In this document: one piece after another, positions 10,376 through 19,734 of the stretch
How the letters are laid out: every line of letters begins with the position of its first letter
Numbering within the stretch: position 1 is the stretch's first letter
Source of the DNA: Bdellovibrio sp.
GTDB taxonomy: Bacteria > Bdellovibrionota > Bdellovibrionia > Bdellovibrionales > Bdellovibrionaceae
Direction: 5' to 3'
Assembly: GCA_036677065.1 (NCBI GenBank)
Contig: JAKFBS010000001.1
Coordinates: 384,001-448,000, forward strand
Length of the DNA stretch: 64,000 nucleotides
Made by a program: the position numbers and the translations under genes
Notes under the pieces: model-generated
The model's input: the letters and a program-made list of their open reading frames with translations, nothing else
Databases searched by the model: none
Told to the model about the DNA's origin: nothing

Positions 10376-11581
10376 CTATATTTGTGGGGCAGTTTGACTG
10401 AATGCACGTTTATTCGAAACTATGAGTAACCCAATTAAAGATGAAATACACATCACCGCAGCGGTGGGAAGACTGCCACTGACATTTAACATGCCCACGC
10501 CGGCACTTGCTACAGAACCAATTCCTAATTGTAAAAATCCTAACAGCGCAGAAGCAGCTCCCGCATTTTTTTCAAACGGTGCAAGAGCTAAGGCCACGGC
10601 GTTTGGATAAGTAAGACCTGCACAAGTTAAAAGTAAAAATAAAATAATTACGGTGGGAATAAGTGTAAACCAGTTATTCAGAACGCCCGCAAAAAAGATC
10701 ACACCCATAATCACTTGAAAAAACAAAGCCGTTTTAAAGATCTGCGGGCTAGTGAATTTTTTAGTCAGCAATAAGTTAATTTGACCGCCGCCGATCATAC
10801 CGACAGCAAGAATAGCAAAAATTATTCCGTACGCTTGCGCACTGACCTTAAAACCTTCCATAAACATAGCCGGAGATCCGGCAATGTAAACGAACAGGCC
10901 TGCAAATGAAAAAGATCCCGCAAAGGTGTACTTTGAAAATTGGGGAACCTTTAAAATTTCTTTAAATCCGCGCATGATGGATTTAAAATTTAATGAGCGG
11001 GTCTCATAATCAGGAACAAATTTTTCTGGTAAGACAAAGTAGGCTAACGCCAGATTCATAATGCCAAGACCAACAAGAGTAGCAAAAATAATTCTCCAAC
11101 CCCAAGCAGTTACAACAAAGCCACCCACTGTCGGAGCCAGCAGCGGAGAAACGCTTAACACCAGCATTAATAGTGAAAATACTTTGGCGCTGTCTTCCAC
11201 AGGAAAAAAGTCACGCACCATCGACATCGCGCCGACAGAGGCCACACATCCACCCATAGCTTGAACAAAACGAAGCACTAAAAATACTTCAATCGATTGC
11301 GTGTACATGATTCCGATCGTCGATAAAATATAAATGATTAATCCGGCATAAAGCGGTTTTTTGCGGCCGAAGTAATCTAACATCGGCCCATAAATAATCT
11401 GACCTAAAGCAAAACCAATAAAGTATGTAGAAATTGAAAATGAAACTTTGGCCGTCGTCGTTTGTAGATCAGTGGCAATTTGGGTAAATGCCGGTAAATA
11501 CATATCAATAGAAAATGGAGTTAAAGCTTCAAGAGATCCTAAAATCAAGATTAACAGGGCGTTTTGTTTTTTCGTGCGCAT
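10376..11581 (-). CDS. Bcr/CflA family multidrug efflux MFS transporter
   Basis: SIDMYLPAF, D.FGRK motif A, about 12 TM segments. Confidence 0.93.
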   Translation of the reverse strand: MRTKKQNALLILILGSLEALTPFSIDMYLPAFTQIATDLQTTTAKVSFSISTYFIGFALGQIIYGPMLDYFGRKKPLYAGLIIYILSTIGIMYTQSIEVFLVLRFVQAMGGCVASVGAMSMVRDFFPVEDSAKVFSLLMLVLSVSPLLAPTVGGFVVTAWGWRIIFATLVGLGIMNLALAYFVLPEKFVPDYETRSLNFKSIMRGFKEILKVPQFSKYTFAGSFSFAGLFVYIAGSPAMFMEGFKVSAQAYGIIFAILAVGMIGGGQINLLLTKKFTSPQIFKTALFFQVIMGVIFFAGVLNNWFTLIPTVIILFLLLTCAGLTYPNAVALALAPFEKNAGAASALLGFLQLGIGSVASAGVGMLNVSGSLPTAAVMCISSLIGLLIVSNKRAFSQTAPQI

Positions 11582-11609
11582 CCACGCAGACTAATGTAAT
11601 TTAGATCGT

Positions 11610-12242
11610 ATGTCGACAAACTGGGAAGAATTATTTGAAAACAAAATTTCGATTGTAGCTACGAGTGATGACCCCGCTCATGATTTAAATCATTTTAAAC
11701 GGGTTGTGACCATGGCTAAAAAATTATGCTTACTAGAAAATGCCAATCCTGAGGTAGTTATTCCGGCAGCCTGGCTACATGACTTAGTCATTGTACCCAA
11801 AAATTCACCCCTGCGCAGTCAGGCTTCAAAACTGTCGGCGCAGAAAGCCCTCGAATTTTTGCGTGAAATAAATTATCCCGAACAATATCAGCAAGAAATT
11901 GCTCACGCGATTGAAGGCCATAGTTTTAGCGCAAATATTGAAGTTAAAACTATCGAAGCTAAAATTGTTCAAGATGCAGATCGTTTAGACGGATTAGGAG
12001 CGATTGGCATAGCCCGCTGTTTTGCGACCGCAGGTTTAATGAAAAGATCTTTTTACCAAGCTGAAGACCCTTTTTGTGAAAATCGAAATCCAGATGATCA
12101 AAATTATACGATCGATCATTTTTATCAAAAACTATTTAAAACCGCAGAAACTTTAAAAACTCAATCCGGAAAAATCGAAGCAGCAGCGCGTATTCAGTTT
12201 ATGCAGCAGTATTTAGACATTTTAAGATCAGAAATTCTTTAG
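11610..12242 (+). CDS. HD-domain phosphohydrolase (YedJ-like)
   Basis: AHD..H..RV, WLHD, HSFS, QDADRLD.LGAIGIAR, DHFYQKL. Confidence 0.92.
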   Translation: MSTNWEELFENKISIVATSDDPAHDLNHFKRVVTMAKKLCLLENANPEVVIPAAWLHDLVIVPKNSPLRSQASKLSAQKALEFLREINYPEQYQQEIAHAIEGHSFSANIEVKTIEAKIVQDADRLDGLGAIGIARCFATAGLMKRSFYQAEDPFCENRNPDDQNYTIDHFYQKLFKTAETLKTQSGKIEAAARIQFMQQYLDILRSEIL

Positions 12243-12290
12243 CCAGCTTTTTGCATTTCCTTTCAGAATCAAATTTATGAAAGGATATTT

Positions 12291-13055
12291 ATGCAAATCG
12301 GGGTAAATTGGAAAAATCTATTGGGCATTCTGGTGTTTGTTGCATCTCAACACACTATGGCAGATCGCAAAGTGATTACGGACCGAAAGCCGGTAGGAAA
12401 ACATGGCTGGATATACTCATGGAACATCTATTCAGACCAGGGTGTACCAAAAGCTATAGGGGTTTCAATTAATGGTAAGGCATTGAAAGAATTGTCACAT
12501 GACGATGAAATGCAAATCTTTGTTTTGCAGCCGAAGCCTCCCTATATGATTGAACCTTACAAACATATCACGGTCGATTGGAATCCACACGGTCATGAGC
12601 CAATGCCAATCTATACTCTACCGCATTTTGATTTTCATTTCTTCTTTTTATCTTCGGCAGAAAGAGAAGCGATCACGTGTCAAGGAGCAGATGCTTTAGT
12701 TTGTACCAAAGCGATAGGTTCATCGTTGATTCCAGCAGACTATGCACCAACGCCTGAAGGCGTTCCAAAGATGGGTTGGCACTGGGTAGATACAAAATCA
12801 CCGGAATTTAACGGGCAGAAGTTTACAGCTACATTTATTTACGGTTTTTATAATGCCCAAACGGCTTTTCTAGAGCCGATGGTCACTTTAGAGTATTTAA
12901 AATCTAAGCCGCAAGCGGAATTTCCAGTGAAACTAGCATCGAATATTTCACATTCAGGTATGTATCCGAAAAAATATACTGTGAATTATAATTATGTCGA
13001 AGACACTTATAACGTGGCGTTAGCTGATTTGATAAGTCGCACATCAAGTAGATAG
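12291..13055 (+). CDS. Secreted DUF5602/TTHB210-like His-rich protein
   Basis: Signal peptide; DWNPHGHEP..IY..PHFDFHF, VPKMGWHWVD, FLEPMVT. Confidence 0.75.
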   Translation: MQIGVNWKNLLGILVFVASQHTMADRKVITDRKPVGKHGWIYSWNIYSDQGVPKAIGVSINGKALKELSHDDEMQIFVLQPKPPYMIEPYKHITVDWNPHGHEPMPIYTLPHFDFHFFFLSSAEREAITCQGADALVCTKAIGSSLIPADYAPTPEGVPKMGWHWVDTKSPEFNGQKFTATFIYGFYNAQTAFLEPMVTLEYLKSKPQAEFPVKLASNISHSGMYPKKYTVNYNYVEDTYNVALADLISRTSSR

Positions 13056-13093
13056 CTATACAGATACTTCTGTACAAAAAATTAAACTAAGAT

Positions 13094-13139
13094 CACGATT
13101 AAGCTTATGAAATACTTTTTATTTATAAGTTTAATCGTG
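13094..13139. repeat. Long imperfect inverted repeat upstream of osmC-like gene
   Basis: cacgattaagcttatgaaata ... tatttataagtttaatcgtg. Confidence 0.7.
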
Positions 13140-13147
13140 GTGCTGTA

Positions 13148-13534
13148 ATGTCAGTTGAGTCTACTCACCTTAAAAACAAATTAGCCTTTGAAGTTAAAAC
13201 GCGTGAATTTATGGTCAATTCAGATGTGACGGCGCAATTAGGCGGAGATAATTCAGCACCTGATCCACATCAATATATGGAAGTGGCTTTAGCTAGTTGC
13301 ACAGCCATCACCGTGATGATGTACGCCAAAAGAAAAGCGATTCCCTTAGAGGATATCAATGTAACTATTCACATTACCGCTGAAGGTGAAGCCAATGCGA
13401 TCTCACGTGGTATTAAGTTAATCGGCAATTTAACTTCTGAACAAAAAGAAAGTCTTCTGGCAATCGCTGAAAAGTGCCCGATCCATAAGTTTCTTTCTCG
13501 CGGCGCAAAGATCGCTTCAACTTTGAAAGATTAA
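13148..13534 (+). CDS. OsmC family protein
   Basis: GG.NSAPDP....ALASCTAIT..MYAKRK, AEKCPIHK. Confidence 0.92.
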   Translation: MSVESTHLKNKLAFEVKTREFMVNSDVTAQLGGDNSAPDPHQYMEVALASCTAITVMMYAKRKAIPLEDINVTIHITAEGEANAISRGIKLIGNLTSEQKESLLAIAEKCPIHKFLSRGAKIASTLKD

Positions 13535-13537
13535 CAT

Positions 13538-14425
13538 ATGCTTGAACATGATATTTTAATCAGTGGTAAGAAAAAAGATTTAGGCGGCTTTATGGTTAGC
13601 CGCACTTTGCCAAATATTAAACGCCGTCATGTCGGGCCCTTTGTTTTTTTAGATCATATGGGGCCATTGCAAGTTGATCATGAACATTTAATGAGTGTTC
13701 GCCCGCACCCGCATATTGGTTTATCGACTGTGACTTATTTATTTTCTGGTCGGGGATATCACCGCGATAGTTTGGGTTCAAAACAAATCATTTCGCCCGG
13801 TGATTTAAATTGGATGACCGCTGGGCGTGGTATCGTGCATTCAGAGCGCACGCCTGTTGAAGATTTATCAGCACACCCGAAACCAACACTGCATGGAATT
13901 CAAATTTGGGTAGCTCTGCCAACAGATCAAGAAGAGTGTGAACCAAATTTTACTCATTACGAAAAAGAAACTTTACCGAAATTTGCTTTAGCAGAAAATT
14001 TAACTGGTAAACTACTTATTGGAAGTCATGCTGGGACGAATTCGCCAGTGAAAACGTATTCACCGACATTTTTTGCAGATATCACTGTGGATAATTCTGT
14101 GAATAATGTGGTTTCAATTGCAGAAGAAGAAATGGGTGTATTTTTATTAGAAGGTGAAGCCACAATAAACGATCAGGAATTAACTAAAGATGATTTATTG
14201 TTAGTGGCCAAACCTGAACAAATTAAAATTAAAGCAAGTCAAGGCACGCGCTTGATTTTTATCGGCGGAACAACGTTTCCTGAACCCAGATATATTTGGT
14301 GGAACTTTGTTTCATCACGTCGTGAAAGAATCCGCGAAGCAGCAGGGCAGTGGGAAAAACAACTCTTCGGCACGGTGGCCGAAGAGAATGATTTTATTCC
14401 GCTACCAAGTGATCCATTACCTTAA
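13538..14425 (+). CDS. Pirin family protein
   Basis: GPFVFLDH, HPHIGLSTVTY, WMTAGRGIVHSE, WWNFVSS. Confidence 0.95.
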   Translation: MLEHDILISGKKKDLGGFMVSRTLPNIKRRHVGPFVFLDHMGPLQVDHEHLMSVRPHPHIGLSTVTYLFSGRGYHRDSLGSKQIISPGDLNWMTAGRGIVHSERTPVEDLSAHPKPTLHGIQIWVALPTDQEECEPNFTHYEKETLPKFALAENLTGKLLIGSHAGTNSPVKTYSPTFFADITVDNSVNNVVSIAEEEMGVFLLEGEATINDQELTKDDLLLVAKPEQIKIKASQGTRLIFIGGTTFPEPRYIWWNFVSSRRERIREAAGQWEKQLFGTVAEENDFIPLPSDPLP

Positions 14426-15276
14426 AGACGGCCCATTTTACCGCTTTCATAATCTTCAAACGCTTGGCGAATCTCGGCTTGGCTATTCATAACAAACGGA
14501 CCATAGCCAACGATAGGTTCATTTAAAGGTTCACCGCCTAAGAATAACAATTTGGTATCTTCTAGGGCTTCGATCTTAAATGTCTGACCCGCATTTTCCA
14601 TTAAAGCAATTTCTGCTCCGCCGATGGTTTTTTCATCATTCAATTTAATGCTTCCGCTTAAAACAAAAACTGAAGCCGTGTGACCTTCGGGCACAGTAAA
14701 AATATTTTCGCTGCCTTTAGCTAAGCGAATATCCCATAGATTTATATCTGAATGAGTTTTCGCAGGGCCAGTCGCTGCTAAATAATGACCTGCAATTACG
14801 CGAAGTTTACCACCTTGAAGTAACACTTCAGGAATTTCTTCGTTACGCAGACCCTGATAGCGCGGTTTATTCATTTTATCTTTTTTCGGTAGATTCACCC
14901 AAAGCTGAACCATTTCAAAAAGACCACCTTGTTTAGCAAAGTCGACACCATGTTTTTCTTCATGCACTAATCCTGAAGCTGCCGTCATCCATTGTACATC
15001 ACCTGATTTAATGACGCCGCCACCGCCAGAAGAGTCGCGATGTTCGACTTCGCCTGAATAGACAATCGTTACAGTTTCAAAACCACGATGTGGATGTTCG
15101 CCTACGCCGCGGCGATGTTCTGACGGAGTGAATTCAGCAGGGCCAGCATAATCCATTAATAAAAAAGGTGATAAATGCTGACCTAAATCAGTGTAAGAAA
15201 AAATTGTGCGTACCGGAAAGCCGTCTCCCACCCAGTGTGGAGTATCGCTTCGTTGTGTGTGTAATATTTTTTTCAT
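14422..15276 (-). CDS. Pirin family protein (second subtype)
   Basis: HWVGDGFPVR, HPHRGFETVT, WMTAASGLVHEE, GPFVMN; start 15276 follows GGGAG. Confidence 0.95.
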   Translation of the reverse strand: MKKILHTQRSDTPHWVGDGFPVRTIFSYTDLGQHLSPFLLMDYAGPAEFTPSEHRRGVGEHPHRGFETVTIVYSGEVEHRDSSGGGGVIKSGDVQWMTAASGLVHEEKHGVDFAKQGGLFEMVQLWVNLPKKDKMNKPRYQGLRNEEIPEVLLQGGKLRVIAGHYLAATGPAKTHSDINLWDIRLAKGSENIFTVPEGHTASVFVLSGSIKLNDEKTIGGAEIALMENAGQTFKIEALEDTKLLFLGGEPLNEPIVGYGPFVMNSQAEIRQAFEDYESGKMGRL

Positions 15277-15348
15277 AATTACTCCCATGTCTTTGAATAG
15301 ATATTACGGCTATTAGTGGCCTTTGACTAGCCGGTACAATCTAAATTC

Positions 15349-15370
15349 ATTGTTCTATGCATTGAACAAT
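15349..15370. promoter_or_regulatory. Putative LysR-type operator upstream of pirin
   Basis: ATTGTTctatgcattgAACAAT inverted repeat; same form as the site at 24395-24416. Confidence 0.6.
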
Positions 15371-15381
15371 CAAATTTGGAT

Positions 15382-15417
15382 AAAAAGAAAGGATAGATTG
15401 TAACCTCTATCCTTTCT
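15382..15417 (-). terminator. Rho-independent terminator of the OmpA-family gene
   Basis: agaaaggataga/tctatcctttct 12-bp stem followed by a T-run on the minus strand. Confidence 0.75.
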
Positions 15418-15452
15418 AACTAAAATATTTTGCCGCCTGTCGTTTGCAAAAA

Positions 15453-16562
15453 TTATCTGCGGATAACTTCGATATCGATACGGCGGTTTTCGCTACGGCC
15501 GCTTTCGCTGCCATTGTCACCCACGGGTTGCACCGAGCCCATACCGGCCGCTTCGATACGATCAGCAGCAATGCCCTGAGTAATCAAAGACTGACGTAAG
15601 GCTTCAGCCCGATCCATAGAAAGTTGTTGGTTCGCACTTTCGACACCAATATTATCAGTGTGACCGACAATACGAATGCGTGCGGTTGTGTATTGATTTA
15701 ATAGCGCAGCTAAAGCCGTGCTTGTAGCCGTTGCTTCAGTACTCAGTGCTGCTGATCCTGTCGAAAAGTTTAATTCTCGTAAAGAAAACGCACGTGGTGC
15801 GACGGCGCCAGGATTAGCTAAAAATTGTGCGAGCTCATTCATCACAGTTTGATCAGATGCTGCATAAGCTGTGGCACCGGCGGCAGCCGGAATGGATTCT
15901 GTATTAACCTGCGGGCTGGTGATGACAGAAGTTGTTTTTCTCCCCTGGCTCCACCAGATGATTCCAAGAACTACGGCTAATAAAATCCAGGGCCATACTT
16001 TTCTTGAAACACTCGGTTGTACTCCTGCTAATGGCACCGTGTTGGTTGCGAACTTTTGTGCCGATGCAGATAAGTCTGGCGTAAAACCACTTCCTTGCCC
16101 GAGCACGTTGGCAAAAGCAGCAGGAGCTAAGGTTCCGCCCTTCATTTTTGATCCGATAAAAGTAAACACAGCCGCAGAAGCTGCACCTAATAATTTTGAC
16201 CCCTGTGAAGTATTCACGCCAGCTGCAGTGGTTACTTTTCCAAGTAACGAATCTGTTTGGCCACCCAGCACTTTTTGTAATAAATCTTGGCCCTTGTTAA
16301 TTTGTGAAGTGATGTTTGAAGCGTCACTCGTTACACTTGCAGGTTGATCAAAGCCACTTTCATGAATGGCGCTGGCTACAGTTTGAATACCATCAGGGCT
16401 GCGAATTTTTTTTTGTAGCTCTGTAAAAACTGCTGGAATTGCTGTTAGCATAGTTGATTTAGTTTTTTCGACAGGAATTCCTAAAGTTTCGCTGATTTTA
16501 TTAAAAAATCCAGTAGGCAAAACGTTGGTAAATGAGTTTAAAGCATCAGCTGTAAGTTCCAT
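15453..16562 (-). CDS. DUF937-like N-domain, TM segment and OmpA C-terminal peptidoglycan-binding domain
   Basis: GHTDNIG...NQQLSMDRA...NRRIDIEV; TM WPWILLAVVLGIIWW; start 16562 after AAGGAG. Confidence 0.88.
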   Translation of the reverse strand: MELTADALNSFTNVLPTGFFNKISETLGIPVEKTKSTMLTAIPAVFTELQKKIRSPDGIQTVASAIHESGFDQPASVTSDASNITSQINKGQDLLQKVLGGQTDSLLGKVTTAAGVNTSQGSKLLGAASAAVFTFIGSKMKGGTLAPAAFANVLGQGSGFTPDLSASAQKFATNTVPLAGVQPSVSRKVWPWILLAVVLGIIWWSQGRKTTSVITSPQVNTESIPAAAGATAYAASDQTVMNELAQFLANPGAVAPRAFSLRELNFSTGSAALSTEATATSTALAALLNQYTTARIRIVGHTDNIGVESANQQLSMDRAEALRQSLITQGIAADRIEAAGMGSVQPVGDNGSESGRSENRRIDIEVIRR

Positions 16563-16619
16563 AAAATACTCCTTTTTTTGAGGTAAAATGACTTCCATGT
16601 GCACTCGGTTATATTAATA

Positions 16620-16635
16620 AGCAAAGCTAGTGCCG
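16620..16635 (-). promoter_or_regulatory. sigma54 -24/-12 promoter
   Basis: Minus strand CGGCACtagctTTGCT. Confidence 0.7.
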
Positions 16636-16687
16636 CGGGTGAAAAATAGGCTTTCCCTTACGGGGCAAACTGGGGTATGAATGGCGT

Positions 16688-17338
16688 ATGGGAAAAATTG
16701 AAATTCTCAGATTGATGGCCGGCTTTAAAAAGTTTCGCGAAAAATATTTCGCCGGCGAACACCCACTGTATGGAAGACTTTCTAACAGCACTGGCGTGGG
16801 GCAAACACCAAAAACTTTAATCATTGGTTGCAGCGATTCACGCGTTGATCCGGCAATTATTACTTCGGCATCACCGGGTGAGCTATTTATCGTGCGTAAT
16901 GTGGCGAATCTTGTGCCACCTTACGAAAAAGGCGGCGGCTTTCACGGGGTGAGCGCGGCGATCGAGTTCGCTGTGGTAAATTTAAAAGTAGAAAATATAA
17001 TCGTGCTTGGGCATCGCCAATGCGGTGGCATCAGAGCTTTAATGTTAAATCAAAATTCTGAGCAAACCAGTTTCGTTGATCGCTGGGTTAATATTGCTCA
17101 AGACGCTAAAGAGCGCGTGCTTGCGGCCCATGCCGGAGAAGATGACGACAGTCTTTGTCGTCATGGTGAATTAGAATCAATCGTAACATCATTAAATAAT
17201 CTAAGAACATTTCCATTTGTTAAATCCGCGATTGAAGAGCGCGGTCTGGCGTTAATGGGAATCTACTTCGATCTTGAATTAGGCCACTTGCTTGAATTCG
17301 ACGACGAAGCCCGTAACTTTCGTTCGATTGAAATGTAA
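16688..17338 (+). CDS. Beta-class carbonic anhydrase
   Basis: CSDSRV, RNVAN, H..CGG zinc ligands. Confidence 0.95.
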   Translation: MGKIEILRLMAGFKKFREKYFAGEHPLYGRLSNSTGVGQTPKTLIIGCSDSRVDPAIITSASPGELFIVRNVANLVPPYEKGGGFHGVSAAIEFAVVNLKVENIIVLGHRQCGGIRALMLNQNSEQTSFVDRWVNIAQDAKERVLAAHAGEDDDSLCRHGELESIVTSLNNLRTFPFVKSAIEERGLALMGIYFDLELGHLLEFDDEARNFRSIEM

Positions 17339-17352
17339 TTTTAAATACACAT

Positions 17353-17877
17353 TTAGTGTGGAGCATGGTGCTCATCACTTTGTTTTTGCGTCAGACGCTG
17401 ACGTTCGTATCTTCCGGTAATTTGTGCGGTTTTCAGAATATGATTTTTCATGGTTTCATGAATTGTTTTAATATCTGCGCGCGCTGGCCCTAAATTTTCA
17501 ATATCTAAGGCAAACAAGGTAAAAATATAACGATGGGCTAAATCTCCTGGGGGAGGTTTAGGGCCGTCATAACCAGTACTGCCAAATGAATTGATGCCTT
17601 GATCGATACGTAAAGGATCATGCAGTTCTTCTTTTTTTTCTAAGCCTTCATGCAGCGTCGAAATTGATGGTGAAATATTATAAACAACCCAATGTGTGAA
17701 AGTGGGATCTTGCGGCGAAGTTTTTGGTGCGTCGATATCTTCACACATTAACACTAAACTTTTACAACCACTGGGGATATCTGACCATTCTAACGCAGGC
17801 GATAGATTGTCGCCATCAGCGGTGAATTGTTGTGGTATTTTGCCATAGTCGTCGAATGATGAACTGTTCAAATGCAT
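17353..17877 (-). CDS. YbhB/YbcL family (PEBP/Raf kinase inhibitor-like) protein
   Basis: SP.LEW, D.DAP, HWVVYNI, GYDGP.PP, HRY.F.LFALD. Confidence 0.93.
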   Translation of the reverse strand: MHLNSSSFDDYGKIPQQFTADGDNLSPALEWSDIPSGCKSLVLMCEDIDAPKTSPQDPTFTHWVVYNISPSISTLHEGLEKKEELHDPLRIDQGINSFGSTGYDGPKPPPGDLAHRYIFTLFALDIENLGPARADIKTIHETMKNHILKTAQITGRYERQRLTQKQSDEHHAPH

Positions 17878-17922
17878 AAGAAGTCCCTTCTAAATTTTAA
17901 ATTTGAGTTTCAATAAAAATAT

Positions 17923-17938
17923 TGCAAAGCTTAAGCCA
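17923..17938 (-). promoter_or_regulatory. sigma54 -24/-12 promoter
   Basis: Minus strand TGGCTTaagctTTGCA, 45 bp upstream of ATG 17877. Confidence 0.6.
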
Positions 17939-17954
17939 TTAGAAGGAGTGTGTT

Positions 17955-18314
17955 ATGGCGAAATATGTCGATGGATTTGTAATACCCATTGCGAAAAATA
18001 AAGTAGCAGCTTACCGCAAAATTGCAGCGAAGGCTGGAAAACTTTGGATGAAGTATGGGGCTCTAGAATACTTTGAAACAGTCGGTGAAGATTTAAAAAT
18101 GCCTTTTGGAATGCCGTTTACTAAAATGGCCAAATTGAAAGCTAACGAAACCGTAGTTTTTTCTTGGATCGTTTATAAAAACAAAGCCCATCGTAATAAA
18201 GTGAACAAACTAATTATGAAAGATCCTTGGATGCAAACAATGGATCCAAATACGATGCCCTTTGATCATAAGAAAATGGCCGTGGGTGGTTTTAAAGTAC
18301 TTGTCGAAGAGTAG
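17955..18314 (+). CDS. DUF1428 (YbaA-like) protein
   Basis: YVDGFVIP, GALEY.E, ETVVFSWI.Y, MPFD.KKM..GGF. Confidence 0.92.
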   Translation: MAKYVDGFVIPIAKNKVAAYRKIAAKAGKLWMKYGALEYFETVGEDLKMPFGMPFTKMAKLKANETVVFSWIVYKNKAHRNKVNKLIMKDPWMQTMDPNTMPFDHKKMAVGGFKVLVEE

Positions 18315-18354
18315 ATTTACTTAATATGATATCTTCAACAAGGGGATATCATCT

Positions 18355-18786
18355 ATGAATCAAAAAATTAAATGTTTTATGCAACCTTACGCTTTACCGA
18401 AGTGTGCATCGACTGGGCTTCTAATTGTTCGTTTAGTTGTGGGTATTGCAATGATTATGCACGGCTGGGGAAAAATCCAATCTCCGTTTTCATGGATGGG
18501 CCCTGATGCGCCAGTTCCGGGTGTTTTACAATTATTAGCTGCGATTTCAGAATTTGGCGGCGGTATTGCGCTTGTTCTTGGATTATTAACATCATTAGCG
18601 ATGGTAGGAATGGCGATCACAATGGCGGTTGCGGTTTACACGCATGCGGTTGTTAAAGGCGATCCGTTCGTGGGCGGCTATGAATTAGCTGCAGTTTATA
18701 TGGCAATTGCTGTGATGTTCATGATCGTTGGCCCAGGTAAATTCTCTTTAGATAATAAAATTTTCGGCAATAAGGAATCTAATTAA
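18355..18786 (+). CDS. DoxX family membrane protein
   Basis: R...G.....HG..K, EF.GG..L.LGL.T, GPGKFSLD. Confidence 0.92.
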   Translation: MNQKIKCFMQPYALPKCASTGLLIVRLVVGIAMIMHGWGKIQSPFSWMGPDAPVPGVLQLLAAISEFGGGIALVLGLLTSLAMVGMAITMAVAVYTHAVVKGDPFVGGYELAAVYMAIAVMFMIVGPGKFSLDNKIFGNKESN

Positions 18787-18787
18787 T

Positions 18788-19153
18788 ATGGCAAAAGCTT
18801 CAAAATACATCGATATCTGTATTCAGCCGATTCCTAAGAAAAATTTAGCTGAATACCGTAAAACGACAAAATTAATCGGCCAGATTTTAGTTAAACATGG
18901 AGCTCTTGCGAGCCGTGATTACGTTGGCGAAGATAAAAATGCGACTTCAGTTTCTGCACCATTCGGTAAATCAGTAAAACTGAAAAAAAATGAAGTTGTT
19001 ATTTACGCCGTTGCTGAGTTTAAATCAAAAAAACACCGTGAACAGGTTTTTGCTAAAATGATGAAAGATCCAAAGATGAAAGAAATTTCATTTATGATGG
19101 ATGAAAACCGCATGGTTATGGGCGGTTTTGAACTTTTAGTGGCCGTTGATTAG
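18788..19153 (+). CDS. DUF1428-like protein (divergent paralogue)
   Basis: HGALAS, EVVIY..EFKSKKHR, M.DP.M, RMVMGGFE. Confidence 0.8.
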   Translation: MAKASKYIDICIQPIPKKNLAEYRKTTKLIGQILVKHGALASRDYVGEDKNATSVSAPFGKSVKLKKNEVVIYAVAEFKSKKHREQVFAKMMKDPKMKEISFMMDENRMVMGGFELLVAVD

Positions 19154-19161
19154 TTTTGGTG

Positions 19162-19731
19162 ATGCACAAAGGTCGTCTTGAAGCGTTTAGTGATGGCGTA
19201 ATTGCCATCATTATTACGATCATGGTTTTAGAATTTAAAGTTCCGCATGAAACTGACTTATCTGCCTTATTAGATCTGTGGCACATTTTTCTAAGTTACA
19301 CTCTTAGTTTTATTTACGTCGGTATTTACTGGAACAATCACCATCATTTATTTCAGGCTACGAATAAAATTCATGGCGGGATTTTGTGGGCGAACTTACA
19401 TTTATTATTTTGGTTGTCGTTGATTCCATTTTCTACGGCTTGGTTGGGCGAAAATAAATTTGCCGATGGACCAGTTGCAGTTTATGGCGTTGTTTTATTG
19501 ATGGCTGCTATTGCCTATACAGTTTTACAGAGTCTGTTAGTTAAACATCACGGTAACGATTCAACGCTAGCTAAAGCGATCGGCACTGATGGTAAGGGTA
19601 AAATTTCTGTAGCCTGCTATGTAGCAGGTATTTTATTGTCACATCTTATGCCGTGGGCATCATGCGTTCTATATGTGTTTGTTGCGATGTTATGGCTTGT
19701 TCCAGATCGTCGCATCGAACAAGCCATATAA
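19162..19731 (+). CDS. TMEM175 (DUF1211) potassium channel family protein
   Basis: RLEAFSDGVIAIIITIMVLE signature, YWNNHHH. Confidence 0.93.
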   Translation: MHKGRLEAFSDGVIAIIITIMVLEFKVPHETDLSALLDLWHIFLSYTLSFIYVGIYWNNHHHLFQATNKIHGGILWANLHLLFWLSLIPFSTAWLGENKFADGPVAVYGVVLLMAAIAYTVLQSLLVKHHGNDSTLAKAIGTDGKGKISVACYVAGILLSHLMPWASCVLYVFVAMLWLVPDRRIEQAI

Positions 19732-19734
19732 TTA

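Noticed and set aside
15871..16347. 158-aa plus-strand ORF, and similar antisense ORFs such as 30827-31282, 56314-56712 and 61503-61871
   Set aside because: Shadow ORFs opposite well-supported genes, with no RBS or recognisable motifs
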